Of a stretch of 64,000 nucleotides of DNA, positions 1 to 12,725 are shown piece by piece. Every line of letters starts with the position of its first letter. Within the stretch, counting starts at the first letter, position 1. The stretch is taken from contig NW_024704742.1 in the NCBI RefSeq assembly GCF_018977255.1, forward strand, positions 48,238,001 to 48,302,000, written 5' to 3'. The notes under the pieces were generated by a model. That model ran no database searches and was not told the DNA's origin. It saw only the letters and a program-made list of their open reading frames with translations. The position numbers and the translations under genes were made by a program. Source of the stretch: Callorhinchus milii. Lineage: Eukaryota.

Positions 1-159
1 CTTTAGCCACTTTCTTTTTAAATGCTGTTTTGTATTTGGCTTCACCATATTCAGCCATTTGTTCCATGATAAATTTTACGATTCTAACAATCTGGGGGGG
101 AACTGAAAAAAATAATTTAAAAAAGCATTTTAGTAAATTGGATCAACTGTTGACATTCT

Positions 160-785
160 TAGCCCCAGTTTTCTTCCTTCCTGTAAGGAGACTGATTCAT
201 ACCTGGATACAGATCCTCTGGCACCAGCCACTAACTCACCCAAGTGAGCGCTCTCCGTGTGTGAGGCCATACCTTTGTTGTTGCACTATTGAACTCACAG
301 CCAAGCCTGATTCTGTCCTCCCCAGTGAAACCTACATACAGGGGAATCTGTTACAATGCACTGAGTATAGTGCATCCTCGCTTTTAGCAATAGTGTTTGT
401 TGAATGGAAGTAAGGGAAGTGACATCAGTATGCAATATGTACCATTAGTGGCACTTAGTGCACATAGGCAAATTACAAACAAACCATTTTTGCACTGTGC
501 TTGTAGCGCAGCCTCTGAGCTATTGGAGCCAGAGGATATAACAGGGTCTCCCTGTATGTACATACTAACAGGCGTCTCTGGATAGTAACCTTGAACTGCT
601 GGCGGCTGCTGCTGCACTCCCCCTCTCTAACCCAAGGCCATTGAGGCTAATAATGTAGTTTCACCCAAACTGCTGACCCAGATGAGATCAATCAACTAAC
701 TCAGTACAGATCAAGTTTTGAACCTAAGAGCTTGGTAGTCTGTATGACTCAGCACTTTTTCAGGCAGCAAAGTTACTAAATGAGC
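160..785 (-). mobile_element. Old SINE-like repeat (family A, see 18370-18700), interrupted by unrelated sequence
   Basis: Reverse complement matches the other family A copies (e.g. gccaagcctgattctgtcctc; gatcaatcaactaactcagtacaga). Confidence 0.55.
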
Positions 786-1639
786 TAATGAGAGAAAACA
801 TCTTTGTAATAACTAGACACTTGCAGCAAACCACACATTGTTCCAGTTGCATCAGGTAAATTCTAAATACTGAAGCAGCATAACAATGTGATAAAAAACA
901 AGATAATTAAAACATAAAATTGTACTCTTAGTTTATTTGAATAGGTAACTGGGTCTGTTGTCTGGTGATGCAGATGACCAGAATTTCCAAAATGTAACTG
1001 TGTATCATAGATCTATTTTACATCAAAGGTGCAAAGTGACAATTTACATAGGTAAATTTAGCATTCAAGCCTTGACCTGGGGTAATGCATGGGAAAGAAA
1101 TGTATTTAAATTTGGGCCATTTGATACTATTTCAATATCCTCCCACCTCAACTCTGCATGTTTATATTGACATTGTTTGGGATCAATTCAGTGGCAAACC
1201 CACTTTTGTTGGCCACTTTGCTGTGGTTTTGCTTCAAACTTAATAAATTGCCGTTTCTCAGCCCAATTTAGAATTTAAATGTGCCGAGAGGAGCTTTTTT
1301 CAAATGACAGACGGCCTGGGGTTGGAGCTGTGCCCTCTAAATGGGAGTCCAATGCTCTGCCTCTTTGGCAAGCTGCCAAAGGCAAAGCAGTTGCTAAGTG
1401 AATAATTGTACAACCGAACTTAATCCACAACAGAAAAAGCTAAGACTTGTGCAAGATTTTTTTCATTAAGCCAACAGCAGCCTCTCAACAAACAGGTGAA
1501 GCCTTTTGTAGGGACTGAGTTTGACAAATTTGTGCAACTTTGCAGAAATGAGACCAACGCTATAGAACCCGGACAAAATTGATGCAGTTAAAGCAACATC
1601 TTATGAAAACCAAAGCCTAGGTCCTCATTGTAAAATAAG

Positions 1640-2130
1640 GTGTCAGCCTGGCTAGGTTAGTAACTTCTGAGTCAGAAGTTGTGGGTTCAAACCCCCACAT
1701 TGAGATTTTGTACTCACATAGTCCAGGATAAAAATGTACACTCCAATGCAGTGTTGAGGGGAGGTGCTGAATTTTTGAAGGTGTTGTCCTTCGGGTGAGA
1801 CGCTAAACCTATCTGCTTGTCCAGATGGATATTAAAGATTCCATGACACTATTTGGAAAGAGAGGGAATTTGCCCCAGCGTCCTGACCAACAATCCCCCA
1901 GATAAAATTGTTCATTCACTTCATGGCTATTTGCGGGATTTTGCTGTGCGCAAATTGGCTGCCGCGTTTACTTACAAATACACAGTCAGAAATACAATTT
2001 AGAATCACTCTTCAATGCAGAATTGGGGGAGTACTTCTTTGTCAGTGTTGCCATCTTTCGGGTGAGACACTAAACCAAGTAAAATCCTGTGAAGTGCTTT
2101 GGGATGTCTACAAACTTATAAGGTGTTAGA
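1640..2130 (+). mobile_element. Deu-domain SINE (SacSINE1/AmnSINE1-like), near full length
   Basis: tRNA-like head (tctgagtcagaagttgtgggttcaaaccc), Deu-like core (ttaaagattccatgacactattt...gtcctgaccaacaatccc, caaattggctgccgcgttt) and L2-like tail (gtgaagtgctttgggatgtc). Confidence 0.75.
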
Positions 2131-4533
2131 ATGATCCTTGCATTTTTGATAAAGCGTCTTATTGTGTTAGTGAGACATCTCAAAGCCCTTCACATAATAT
2201 ACTATAAAGTAGTGTGTGTATGTGTGTATTTGTATATCAAGTACAAAGATTCATTCTTGATCATTCACATTCTGTGCTGTGTATAAACTGGTCATCAAGT
2301 TTGCTGACCAATACACAATCATTGACAGCAATTACCCATGAAATGCTTTGAGACATTTTAATATTGTAGACGCTGTATCAAAAGCAAGATTTACCATTGC
2401 TTATTATGAAGAAAGCTGGTTATAGATTCCACAATTTATACCCCAATGAAACATGACACATTTTTTGGTGCAATTCACATTAATGGGAATAATGTAGAGC
2501 ATTTGCTGATATGAGTTAAGTGCCACTCCACCACCTTCAAAGTAATTCAAAATGTTTTCTTATGTGCTTATGCTTATATAACTAACCCAAATGCATTTTC
2601 AAAGTATGAAAAAAATACCTTTAATATCAGAAATATAAATTTACAGCACAGAAGAAGGTGGTTTGGCCCATCGGGTCAAATTCAATTTTTTCATTAGCAC
2701 AGAGTTGAACTCTGTAAAAGTTACTGAATGGAAGATGGTTAGTGGTTTAGTCCACATCATAGGGTGCATTGCTTGAAAAATACTGGTGGCCGACCGGAGA
2801 GAAAGGGATTGAAGCTGGGCCCTCAGGAGAGGGAGGGTCTGTGTCTGAGATGTCAAAGGGGCAGGTTGCTGAAACATGGCACAACAATGAGCGATTCCTG
2901 GAGAGGCGGCATTAGGAATAATGGTCATTCAGTGACCGGTGCCTCTGGAAATACACCCCACTAGGAATAAAAATGATTCAAACACCTTCAGGAGAGGAGA
3001 AAAAGCTATTTAAAAATCAGATTAAATAGTATTTAAAGGGGTTGGGGAGGCACTACCAAGGTACTAACGAGTGAAGCACCATGAGAAGGTGACCTCATCA
3101 GGAAAACTAGCGTACAGAGAGGTACTGACCCTGACACAATGAGGAAGCTGCGTTTTAATATTGCTGAATGCAGCCCATTCAACTTGAGCGCTTCAGCGAT
3201 TGAATCAGCTAAAGTGGCAGAGGCTTTGTGAAAAAGTATGCGGTCAACTAGTTTTCGATGCACAACCCAGGGATACAAACACAGAGTTGCATCACTCGAA
3301 CATGGCATCATTGTGAGAAAAATCAATGTGTGGCTGTCCCTTGCCATTCCCTGCATTTGTTTCAATTCCCTCAGTCAATCAAGTGTAACAGCTACTCCCA
3401 GCCAGTTTTGCTTGGGGTTTAATTGAGTACTCAGTTTTAACTGGAAATACAATAAAATACGACTTCCACTTATAATAGTGCCTTTCACGTTGGGAGGATG
3501 TTCCAAAGCCACTTGCTAATTCTGTCTGGGCACTTGAGCTACATGTGGGAGCTGAGTGGAGGAGTGAGGAGGGGAAAGATGACTGAAAGCATTGTCAAAA
3601 AAGGTACTTTTTTTTTTAAAAAAGGAGGTACAAACCAAAACGAAAGTTACAACGTAACAGAGCGAAACAGTACCTTTAAATTATTTAAGTGCTTTAACAG
3701 GAGAACGGAAGGCGAGATTTCAATCTTTAAGCTGTGAAAACTAGATTTTTCTTGTGAATTGGAATCCTATCCCTCGGTGCATTTGCTTGGTAATCCGTTC
3801 AGTGAAATAGATTAAAGAAACTTTACAAAAAATAACTTATTCCACTTGTAGTGTGGCTCCATCTTGTAAAGCAAATTGTTTGCATTTCCACCATTTTGTA
3901 AACTACTCCCTCCTCCTTGCCTGGAGTTTCTTGTTGCAGCTCATCCGATTTCTGTCCAAAATCACCTGTTCCCAGTCCGCTGGCCTTACATTCCCAGTTG
4001 CCTCGGTGTGTCTTGAGAAAGCAGTGTGTGTCCAATCACCCTCTGACTTCCTTCTCACTCTCTGAAGGAAACAGGTGCCTCACCTCGACTGGCGGTGTTT
4101 AGCAAACAATCTGGCTCAGTTGGAAAAATCAGTACTACATTGAGAACTCCAAGCGAGGTTCCCGTAACAAATCACAATGCTGCTGGCTACTGCAGCAACG
4201 TGTTGATCACTAATACCTCAAGGGTAAAGTCTGTGACCTTCCTTAATCTGTGCCCCGTGTTAACAGGAACATGTACATAATCACCATAAACTTCATCCCG
4301 ATATTTCAAATTCATTTCAAATGCAAAACTACAGTCTTAGGTCCTGTTGCCAACTCAGCAAAACATCTACGCCTAAAATGAGACACAATGTCAATTGTTC
4401 CAGTGTGTCCAAACACAGCCTGCAGGTGCTATCTAGCATTCCAGGGCAGAGTAAATCGAGCTCCAACCCCAACTGGATTCCTATCAATTTCTAATAACTA
4501 AGTCAGGGTCCATTAACATTCTACGACCTGACT

Positions 4534-5203
4534 GTGGTAGATAAAGCTGTTAAAAAAGCTTACGGGATTCTAGGCTTTATAAATATGGGCATAGAATACA
4601 GAAGTCAGGAAGTTACGATGAACCTTTATAAAACACTGAGTTTAGACCTCAGCTCGAGACTGTGTTCAGTTCTGGGCCCCACACTTCAGGAAGGATGTCA
4701 AGGCATTGGAGAGGGTGCAAAGGAGATTTGCCAGGATGGTACCAGGAATGAGGGACTTCAGTTATCAGGAGAGGCTAGAGAAGCTGGGATTATTCTACTT
4801 GGAGCAGAGAAGGTTAAGAGGAGACTTAATAGAAGTTTTCAAAATTATGAGGGGATTCGATGGGGTGAACAAGGAGAAACTATTTCCACGGGCGGGTGGG
4901 TTGGTAACTGGAGGGCACCGACTTAAAATAGTTATTCAGAGAAACAGAGGGGAGGTGAGGAGAATTTTTTTTACATAGCAAGTTGTTTGGATCTGGAATG
5001 CATTGCCTGAAAGGGTGGTGGAAGCCGATTCGATAACAACTTTTAAGAGAGAAATAGATAATTATTTGGGGAGGACAAGTTTGCAGGACTATGGGGAGAG
5101 AGTGGGGGAGTGGGATTGATTCGGATAGCACTTTTCAAAGAGCCGGTACAGACACGATGGGCCAAATGGCCTCCTTTTGTGCTGTATATTTCTATGATTG
5201 TAT
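4534..5203 (+). mobile_element. CR1 LINE, 5'-truncated 3' fragment (RT C-terminus + 3' UTR)
   Basis: Translations KKAYGILGFI and ERVQRRFARMVPGMRDFSYQERLEKLGLFYLEQRRLRGDLIEVFKIM; tail ttctatgattgtatga. Confidence 0.95.
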
Positions 5204-5656
5204 GAAAACAGATATTAAGTTTGGCATCTGCATCGTACTGCTAATTTCAGGATTGTTGCACAGCCTTAGGAATGAACTTATGTTATGCACATAAGCTACG
5301 ACCACCATTCTGACTGAACAGCCAATACCATGAATGGACTGCCTGCAGCTTTGTGAAAGACAGAGCATGGAAAGATGTCGCTCGAATCATAGCGGACATA
5401 AAAAAGTACAGAAAAAGGGCAATTTGGCCCATTGTGTCTGTGCTGACACAACTCCTCCACTGAAACTATCTTATAATAAAAATAATAATCCTTGCATTTG
5501 ATATAGTGTCTTATCTCATCATCGACACATTTCAAAGTCCTTCACAGGATTCACTACAAAGTGTAGTAACTATGTATTTGTAGGCAAATGTGGGAGCCAA
5601 TTTGCACACAGCAATGTGCCTTGAATAGCCATGAAGTGAATGACTAATTTTGTTTG

Positions 5657-5788
5657 CAGTTCTGACGAAGGGTCGTGGACTTGAAACGTTGACTCACTTT
5701 CCTTTCTCCATAGATGCTGCCTGACCTGCTGGTGTTCCCAGAGACTTCTGTTTTTGTTTCAGATTTCCAGCATCTGCAGTATTTTGCG
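5657..5788 (+). mobile_element. Short Penelope-like (pLTR-derived) element with 9-bp TSD
   Basis: TTTTGTTTG at both 5648-5656 and 5789-5797; homologous copies at 41842-41980 (-) and 42185-42262 (+); begins with a hammerhead motif. Confidence 0.7.
5658..5694 (+). ncRNA. Minimal type-I hammerhead ribozyme motif
   Basis: AGTT-CTGACGA-A-GGGTC(GTG)GACTT-GAAA-CG-T-T-GACT: CUGANGA and GAAA cores, stem II, palindromic AACGTT in place of stem III, stem I AGTT/GACT. Confidence 0.7.
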
Positions 5789-6594
5789 TTTTGTTTGGAG
5801 AATTGTTGGCCGGGACACTGAGAGAAACTTCCTTCTTTTTTCAAATAGTGCCATGGGATCTTTAACAACCAGCTGAATAGGCAGTCAAGTTCTAAGTTTA
5901 ATGTCTCATCTGAAGGATGATACTGCCAATAATGCAGCAGTCCTCCAGATCTGCACAGTATTTTCTATATTATCCTTTAATACAGGGCAACCTTGTTACG
6001 TGGATATGTGTGTCCAAGATCTCAAACCCCTGATCTACCAAGATTCCTGCTCCCCTGAAACCCTTGCTCCCCCCACTCCCTGAGTCCTTGCTTCTCACAG
6101 ATACCACTGCACTGCCATCTTTAAATTTGTGCCCAACGCTCTCTCTGATCTGCCACTATTCAGGCAGAAAACCTGGAGGGACAATTTCATTTAGTGGGTT
6201 TCCTGATCTGCAGGATTGAAGGGCTGCTTTTAGGCTGTTATCTATACATCGAGCATTTCGGTGAAGGGTGCTTCGGGTGACTCTAAAGCATCAGTTTATC
6301 TCACGGTGGAGAGGGAGGATGGGGTCTGGGTGGAGGAGATCCTGTCTTTGGGATCTATCTGTTGAATTGCAGCCGTATTTGTAAACCATAGATGAAAATC
6401 TCAATTTGAAACAGTAGAATTTTCCTCAGTGAAGAAAGTGTTTTTTAAAACTGTCCCCCCTCAGGACTGAACCTTGCAGAGCTCAGCGACTTGTCTGAAG
6501 CATGGAATCCTGCCAGACCTGCTGTCTGTGACTTTCCAGTTTAGTGAGTGACCACTGATCACGTCCTCACCCTCACCCTCGCTTATTTGCTCAC

Positions 6595-6727
6595 CCTTTG
6601 AGTGGCGATCTGAATATTCTTTAGGATTCGTTACATGCTGGTGAAAGGCCTTGAACAGCTTCAAACAACTTTGATGTCTCAGCTGCAGATTAATCGAAAT
6701 TGTTAGATTTTTTTCCAACAAGTACAT
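6595..6727 (-). CDS. Candidate alternative first coding exon of an unidentified gene (MYLLEKNLTISINLQLRHQSCLKLFKAFHQHVTNPKEYSDRHSK, phase 1)
   Basis: acaATG, 44 open codons + G, donor AAGG|gtgagc; non-repeat sequence. Confidence 0.25.
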
Positions 6728-7218
6728 TGTATTTGAATATTTTTAGAATTCTGTGTGTACAAATGAAATGATTTTATATCCCCCACTACTCCCATCAAAC
6801 AAAAAATGATCCTTGCATTTGACAAACATCTCAAAGCACTTCACAAATGCGGTAATTGCTGTTAAGTGAAGTGACTGTGTCCTTTTGGAGACAAAGGCAC
6901 CATACAATTTGCACATAGAAAGAGCAAAAAAAACACAATAATAAATTGGTCACTTCAATCCACGACTGTTTGTGGGACACTGCTGTGCGCAATTGGCTGC
7001 CGCATTTTGCCCACAAATATACAGTCATTTCGCTTTACAGTATATTCTGTGAAGCACTTTGAGACATCTAGGAGACGTGAAAAGCACCATATCAAATGCA
7101 AGGATTATATTATTCTATAAAACAGTTAGACTAATTTAATTTGTTTATTTAATGACTAATTTATTTGGAGGATTGTTGGGCAGGATACTGGGAGAAACTC
7201 CCTTCTCTTTTCATATAC

Positions 7219-7525
7219 TGGAGTCCTGTAGCTCAGTAGTTAGAGCACTCGTCTTGCAAGCAGGCACCTGGGTTCAATTCCAGGCAGGGTGAAACCTTGG
7301 GCAAGTTTTCTTACTCCACACGCCTAATAATAATCCCTCCAAAACAAAATAATAAATTGGTCATTTTTAATCCACCACTGTTTGTGGGGCACTGCTCTGC
7401 GCAATTGGCTGCCGCGTTTCACCCACAAATCTACAGTCAATTCACTTTACAGCATATTCTGTGAAGCCCTTTGAGACGTCTAGAAGACGTGAAAAGCTCT
7501 ATGTCAAATGCAAGGATTATTATTA
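7219..7525 (+). mobile_element. tRNA-Ala-derived SINE, full length
   Basis: ggagtcctgtagctcagtagttagagcactcg...gggttcaattcc head; body and gattattattat tail as at 23862-24183. Confidence 0.9.
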
Positions 7526-7619
7526 TATACAGTAAAATCCTGATATACGGCCTTATAATGTATATTTGCTAATAAGAGCCATGCCCTGTGCACCCACAGT
7601 CACCTTTCCACACACTGAC

Positions 7620-7830
7620 AAAGGCCGATTCCAGTGGGACATTCCTGTCCTGTGCAGTGCGCAAGAAGTGATGCTGGTGGTGTCCTAATGACTCGGAAGT
7701 TGGACATTTCTTAGTGTTAGCGGCCAGCTTTCTACGTACAGCATATTGACACCATCTGTCGTGTGAAGTCACGATGCGGGAGGGAATGACAGGTGATCGC
7801 ACCCCAATAAAGCGGCCTGAAATTTTATTG
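7620..7830. mobile_element. Arm of a palindromic MITE-like element (homolog of 8490-8760)
   Basis: agtgcgcaagaagtgatgctggtggtg...cagctttctacgtacagcatatt matches the reverse complement of about 8565-8652. Confidence 0.5.
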
Positions 7831-8489
7831 TTGCCAATTATTACATTAGATTGGGCTTCTACTGTTAGGTGATTGCATCTTTCGCATCCACCTGAGAAAA
7901 GGCAGACTAGTCCTCAGTTTAATGCCTTTTCCAAATGATGGTGCCTCTACGTAGCAGCCTATTCATATTTTTTACATTGAATATACTGCATACAGTTCTA
8001 CACTCCATGATTTATGTTAAGGAAAAAGGAAATTAGTGTCCCTTAAAATCTGTTTGCCAGACTTTGCTGACGTGATCATGAGGGTGAGATGCTAGTACAG
8101 CCTTTTATCTTTACAGCCCTTACTGGTTTAAACTAAACCTTATCATTTTACCTGTATCTTTGAACAAAGAACAATGTCTAATTGAAAGCTAAACTTAGCT
8201 CAAAGGGATCAATCACATGACCTAAGAGTGATTCAGACCTAGTGGAAATCAGAAGTACTGAGGTAATTTCAAGGAACACAAGCTTGCAAAGACAACCTAT
8301 TTCTAAACAATTCACTCGATCTTTAGGAATAAATAGATTTAATGTGATGAGACCTTAAACTATTGCGAGTATCCAGTGACACCTTCATCCCAAAAAATAT
8401 CCCAATTGACCAGTGAAGCTGGTACATTAGCACTGACCAGTAATAATAATATAATATTAATGTCAAAACATCTCAAAATTGCAGCAAAA

Positions 8490-8760
8490 CTTTGTTATGA
8501 GGCAGTACTTGGGTTCATAAAATTCCACTGTCAGCGTTTACACATCTTGATATCACCAGTGATATGAATGTGCATGTCCGCAGAAAGCTGTCGGCTACCT
8601 TCACTAAAACATGGCCGAATCAGGTCACCAACGATGTCACTTCCTGCACACTATACGTGCGCACTAGTCACATATTGTGCATACGCAGTGTGTAGGAAGA
8701 AATGTTGGCAGCAACCTGGTGACCTGGAAGTCAGTCATTTTTTAGTTGGCCCAACTTCAA
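8490..8760. mobile_element. Palindromic MITE-like element
   Basis: Nested inverted repeats centred near 8669: caggtcacca/tggtgacctg, cttcctgcacact/agtgtgtaggaag, actaaaa/ttttagt. Confidence 0.55.
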
Positions 8761-8859
8761 AGCCAACGAGAGAGCACCAGCCTTATAAGCAAATCTGGCT
8801 TTTAAGGGGTACCTGACAATGTGGTTATATTGTAATTGCTGTCTGATGCTATGATTTTT

Positions 8860-9180
8860 TGAAAGGAAATGCACCTGCCAAATTGCACACAAGATCCCAT
8901 AAACAGCCATGAAGTGAAAAACTAATCGATTTGGGAGATTGTTGGAGGGACACTGGGAGAAACTTTCTTCACCATTTCAAGTAATGTCAACGGAATCTAA
9001 CATCCACCTGAACAGGCAGACCGAACCTTTACCATCTCATCTGATGGACAGCCCTTCTTACAATGCATGGCTCCCTCAGTACTACACTGGAGTGTCAGCC
9101 TGGACTACGAGCTCAAATCTTAACAGGATGTCTAAACCCATAACTGTTTAACCAAGTGGCATGGGTCAAGCTGACACTTA
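8860..9180 (-). mobile_element. Deu-domain SINE
   Basis: Reverse complement of the 1640-2130 family (catccacctgaacaggcagac, cctcagtactacactggagtgtcagcctgga). Confidence 0.7.
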
Positions 9181-12100
9181 TTAGCTCGATATAGAACCAG
9201 TGAAGCATTATACTACAAAGTAGTGTTTTGAAATGTTATAACAAACAGGGAGATTAATAACAAACTTTAACTTGAAAGAGATTGTATAATTATCAGAACA
9301 CTAGTTACTCTCATTTCGTCTTTCATCACCCAGATCCTTCACTGAACAGCTCTTTATACATTAGTATTTCAATGTCACGTTACATCTCTGATACGTCAAA
9401 AGTTCTATGAAATTTGAAATTGTGTATCAACGAAGTTTGATAGCTTTCTCTTCCATAAAGAGCCACGTGAAGTTGGGAGCATATCTAAGAATTGTGCCGC
9501 TTTTAAAATGCTAGCTTGTCTCCAGAGGTGGCTGGTATTATAAAATGGAGGTGGTGGTTCTCAGCCGAGAAATATGACTTGAAAGTTGCAGAGATCTGGA
9601 GCGTGTAGATGAGACGTGCACGTGGGAAAGCTCTGTTGTCACTATGCATCATGCTGACGTTGAGATATTCGTGTGTGCTCAAATCACTATTGGACATTTT
9701 GGGGGATTTTCAATAGCCAAATAATAATAGTGAAATCACCAAGAATACAATAGAATTTATATTGAAATAGCGCCTTTTGCGTCAGGGGGAGGTCTCAAAG
9801 CAGTTGACAAGGCTGCTGGGCACAAGGGTGCCAGGGGCAAAGTCACCTGACTTTCAGACTCCATGACCTGGCCTCCACTCCAAGCTTCTCAAGTATGTAG
9901 GCAACCTAAACCATTCTCTTGGTGTACCGCGCGTGTGAAAAGATCATCACGTTAAGACAGCCTCTTGCACAAAACATCATTTTCCACAGACAGTCCTGGA
10001 GCGCTGGCTTATGCTTCATGACAACCTTAGGGACTTAGAAACCACAAGGTAAAAGGTGTGCTAGGCAAAGTGGGAGGGAGATTTTTGCATTCAGGAACCT
10101 TAAGAAATGAGATTCAAAGCGCTATCAGCGTTTGAATTGTCAGTGCTCTGGGAGAGGGATCTCATGAACACCAATTTTAATAAAAGGACCAATTCATGTC
10201 CAAATGTAAAAAAGGGAGACGATGTATTCTCACAACAGCAAATCTATGTCAGGGTTTTGTTCTTTTCTAAGCAACTAGGTATACTGGGACGAGGTGAAAT
10301 GTGTTGTTGCCTGGGTGGGGCTGACCATTTAAGAAAGCAAATATTAATTCCCAGAATTTCGGGTGGATTAGACTTTGATTATTTGCACACAGATAAACAC
10401 AACCTAGTTATTTTATCCAACTAAAGTCAAATAAGAAACTCAAGTTGTGCTACTGCTTTTTCAGATTTTGCTAATTACAAATAGATGGATTTGTCTGTCC
10501 TCTACCCAAGTCATGCACTTAACCTCAATCCTTCCTCCGTACAAAGCCAGCGATTTCTAACTGTTTTTTTCTGTTCCATTAGACTTTGCTCTCATGGTCT
10601 ATCATGCCATCTTAATCATTCAATTGTGGTATTGCCTTGCAATAGGTAAATCAATATGTAGTAAAAAATAAATGTTATAGTGCCTGATCACATCAAAACG
10701 TTTCAAAGTGCTTTACAGTAATTATTATTTTTGAAGAGAAATGTGACATCTATTTGGCGCACAGTAAGAATCACATGAAACACATAGTCTCTGACAAGAT
10801 TTGCACATAATACACAGTCATCACATTTCATAATAGATACTGTGAAGGGATTTGCAACGTCCTCTCAACACTAAAGGTGTTATACCAAATGTAAGGATTA
10901 TTTTATTCCACAAACAGTCATGAAGTGAATCAACAATTTAGTGCGGCTGGCCAGGACCTGTATATTTTGTAGGGGAACATATACTCTGTGGTATGTGAAA
11001 ATTTATTTTAAAAACAATTATTTTATGCTTTTCCAAGATCCTCTTTCAAATCAACCAAAACAAGTAGAAACCTGCAACTGTTCATGTATGAATGTATAAT
11101 ATAATAATCCTTGCAACTGATATAGCCGCTTTATCATGTCATTGAGATTTCTCAAACCGCTTTGCAGAATGTACTATCAAGTGAATTGACTGTATATTTT
11201 GTGGGCGAAGCGCGGCTGCCAATTGAGCACAGCAGTGTCCCACGAACAGTCATGGATTGAAATGACCGATTCATTGTTATTATTTTATTACTATGTTAAA
11301 AGCAATCAGGAAGGGTGATACTGCAACGCCTCACATCAGCGAATTCATGTGCTATATCATTGAGTTGTAAGACACAATGCACATTTATAAATGTATGAAA
11401 CTGAAATTCTCAAAAGCTCAATAGTAAAGGGAAATTACAGTTATAATTTGCAAATACAACATGCTTTTGTTGATAACTCGCCAATGGGCAGGTACTTCAG
11501 TGCCATGGTTACAGTGCATCCACACCCATTAGCAACCGTCGTTTGTGCTAGTAAATTCACAAACGTATTTATTCCTAATATAGTTCAGTGCTGAGTCAAC
11601 AGTTTGTGAGCTAAATACTGATACCTAATTAATCTAAATGAACTTATAACCACAGGCACCAGCAAACTTCCCTTGCTAGCTATGTTTCATTTACTAAAGG
11701 AGAAGTTTCCTGAATGGGGGAACTCCACAATCTACTGCTGGTCATTTATGTTTTTGATGCACTGATACTCATATACACTGTGCTCCACTTAGTCATGTGC
11801 AATCTGTTCTTATTCATGTACAGCCTACTTCAATTGTGTACAGCAAATCTGTGAAGTATTCAGGAGTATGAAGTAAAAGCATAGCAATGAGATTAAATAT
11901 CTCACGATCTAATAAACATGCTGCACATGTTGAATATCCCTCTTGTTCCCTTGTTCATGTCTGCACCATTTCTTTGTACACAGTGCACTCCACTTTTTTG
12001 TGAGCAAGTCTGTGCTGAGGCCGGTTGTCGCTCCCTACACTGTTGACCTGGATAAGCGTCAGTTCAATGCCTATTTCTGTTTAACAAGCTGAGGTAAGTC

Positions 12101-12384
12101 AGTACTGACAAATGAGACATCTTTCCACTATTGTCAACCAACGTTAAACACCAAACATACCAGAACCACCATGTGCAGCGTTCTGCCCCCAAAAGTCAGC
12201 CTTTAACAATTCCAATTTCCTTTTAAAAATTTAATCCGTATTTACTGCTCCAGATTGGGTTTTCAGTGTTCTGAGACGCTGCCCCATGTGAAGGATACTG
12301 CATAAATCCAGGTGGTGGTTGTTGTTGATGATGATAATTCCCAGTCATGTACAAGATCCCATCTTTTGCTATGAATCTACTATA

Positions 12385-12725
12385 ATATTAGTAATAATTC
12401 TTGTATTTGATGTAGCGTCTTATCACATTATTGAGACGTCTCAAAGCCCTTCACCGAATACACTGCAAAGTGAATTGACTGTATATTTTGAAGGTGAAGC
12501 ACAGCAGCTAATTGTGCACAGCAATGTCCCACAAACAGTCATGGATTGAGTGATTATTACCCCCAGATCTGCCAATCGACTAACAACCAGGTTCCAACTT
12601 ACTGCTAGGTAAACAGAGGCATGTGTACTAAAGAAACTTGCCTAAGGTTTCCTCAGCTGGGAATCAAACCTGGGTCCTTTCGCTTGTGAGATGAGTGCTC
12701 TAACCACTACGCTACAACCCTCCAC
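12385..12725 (-). mobile_element. tRNA-derived SINE, longer subfamily
   Basis: Head gagtgctctaaccactacgctaca; extra segment atcgactaacaac...ctaggtaaacagag shared with 43185-43495. Confidence 0.8.

Larger units (their letters stand above)
5480..5950 (-). mobile_element. Deu-domain SINE interrupted by a Penelope-like insertion
   Basis: Tail taataatccttgcatttgatatag and core ttcaaatagtgccatgggatctttaac; split at 5657-5788. Confidence 0.75.

Noticed and set aside
2745..2900. Possible minus-strand terminal exon (NRSLLCHVSATCPFDISD...YDVD*)
   Set aside because: It lies in or next to old SINE-like sequence and no upstream partner exon is evident.
3033..4100. Overlapping 60-110-aa ORFs in non-repeat sequence
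   Set aside because: No coherent splice structure or recognisable protein; the region may be non-coding regulatory DNA, which cannot be shown from sequence alone.
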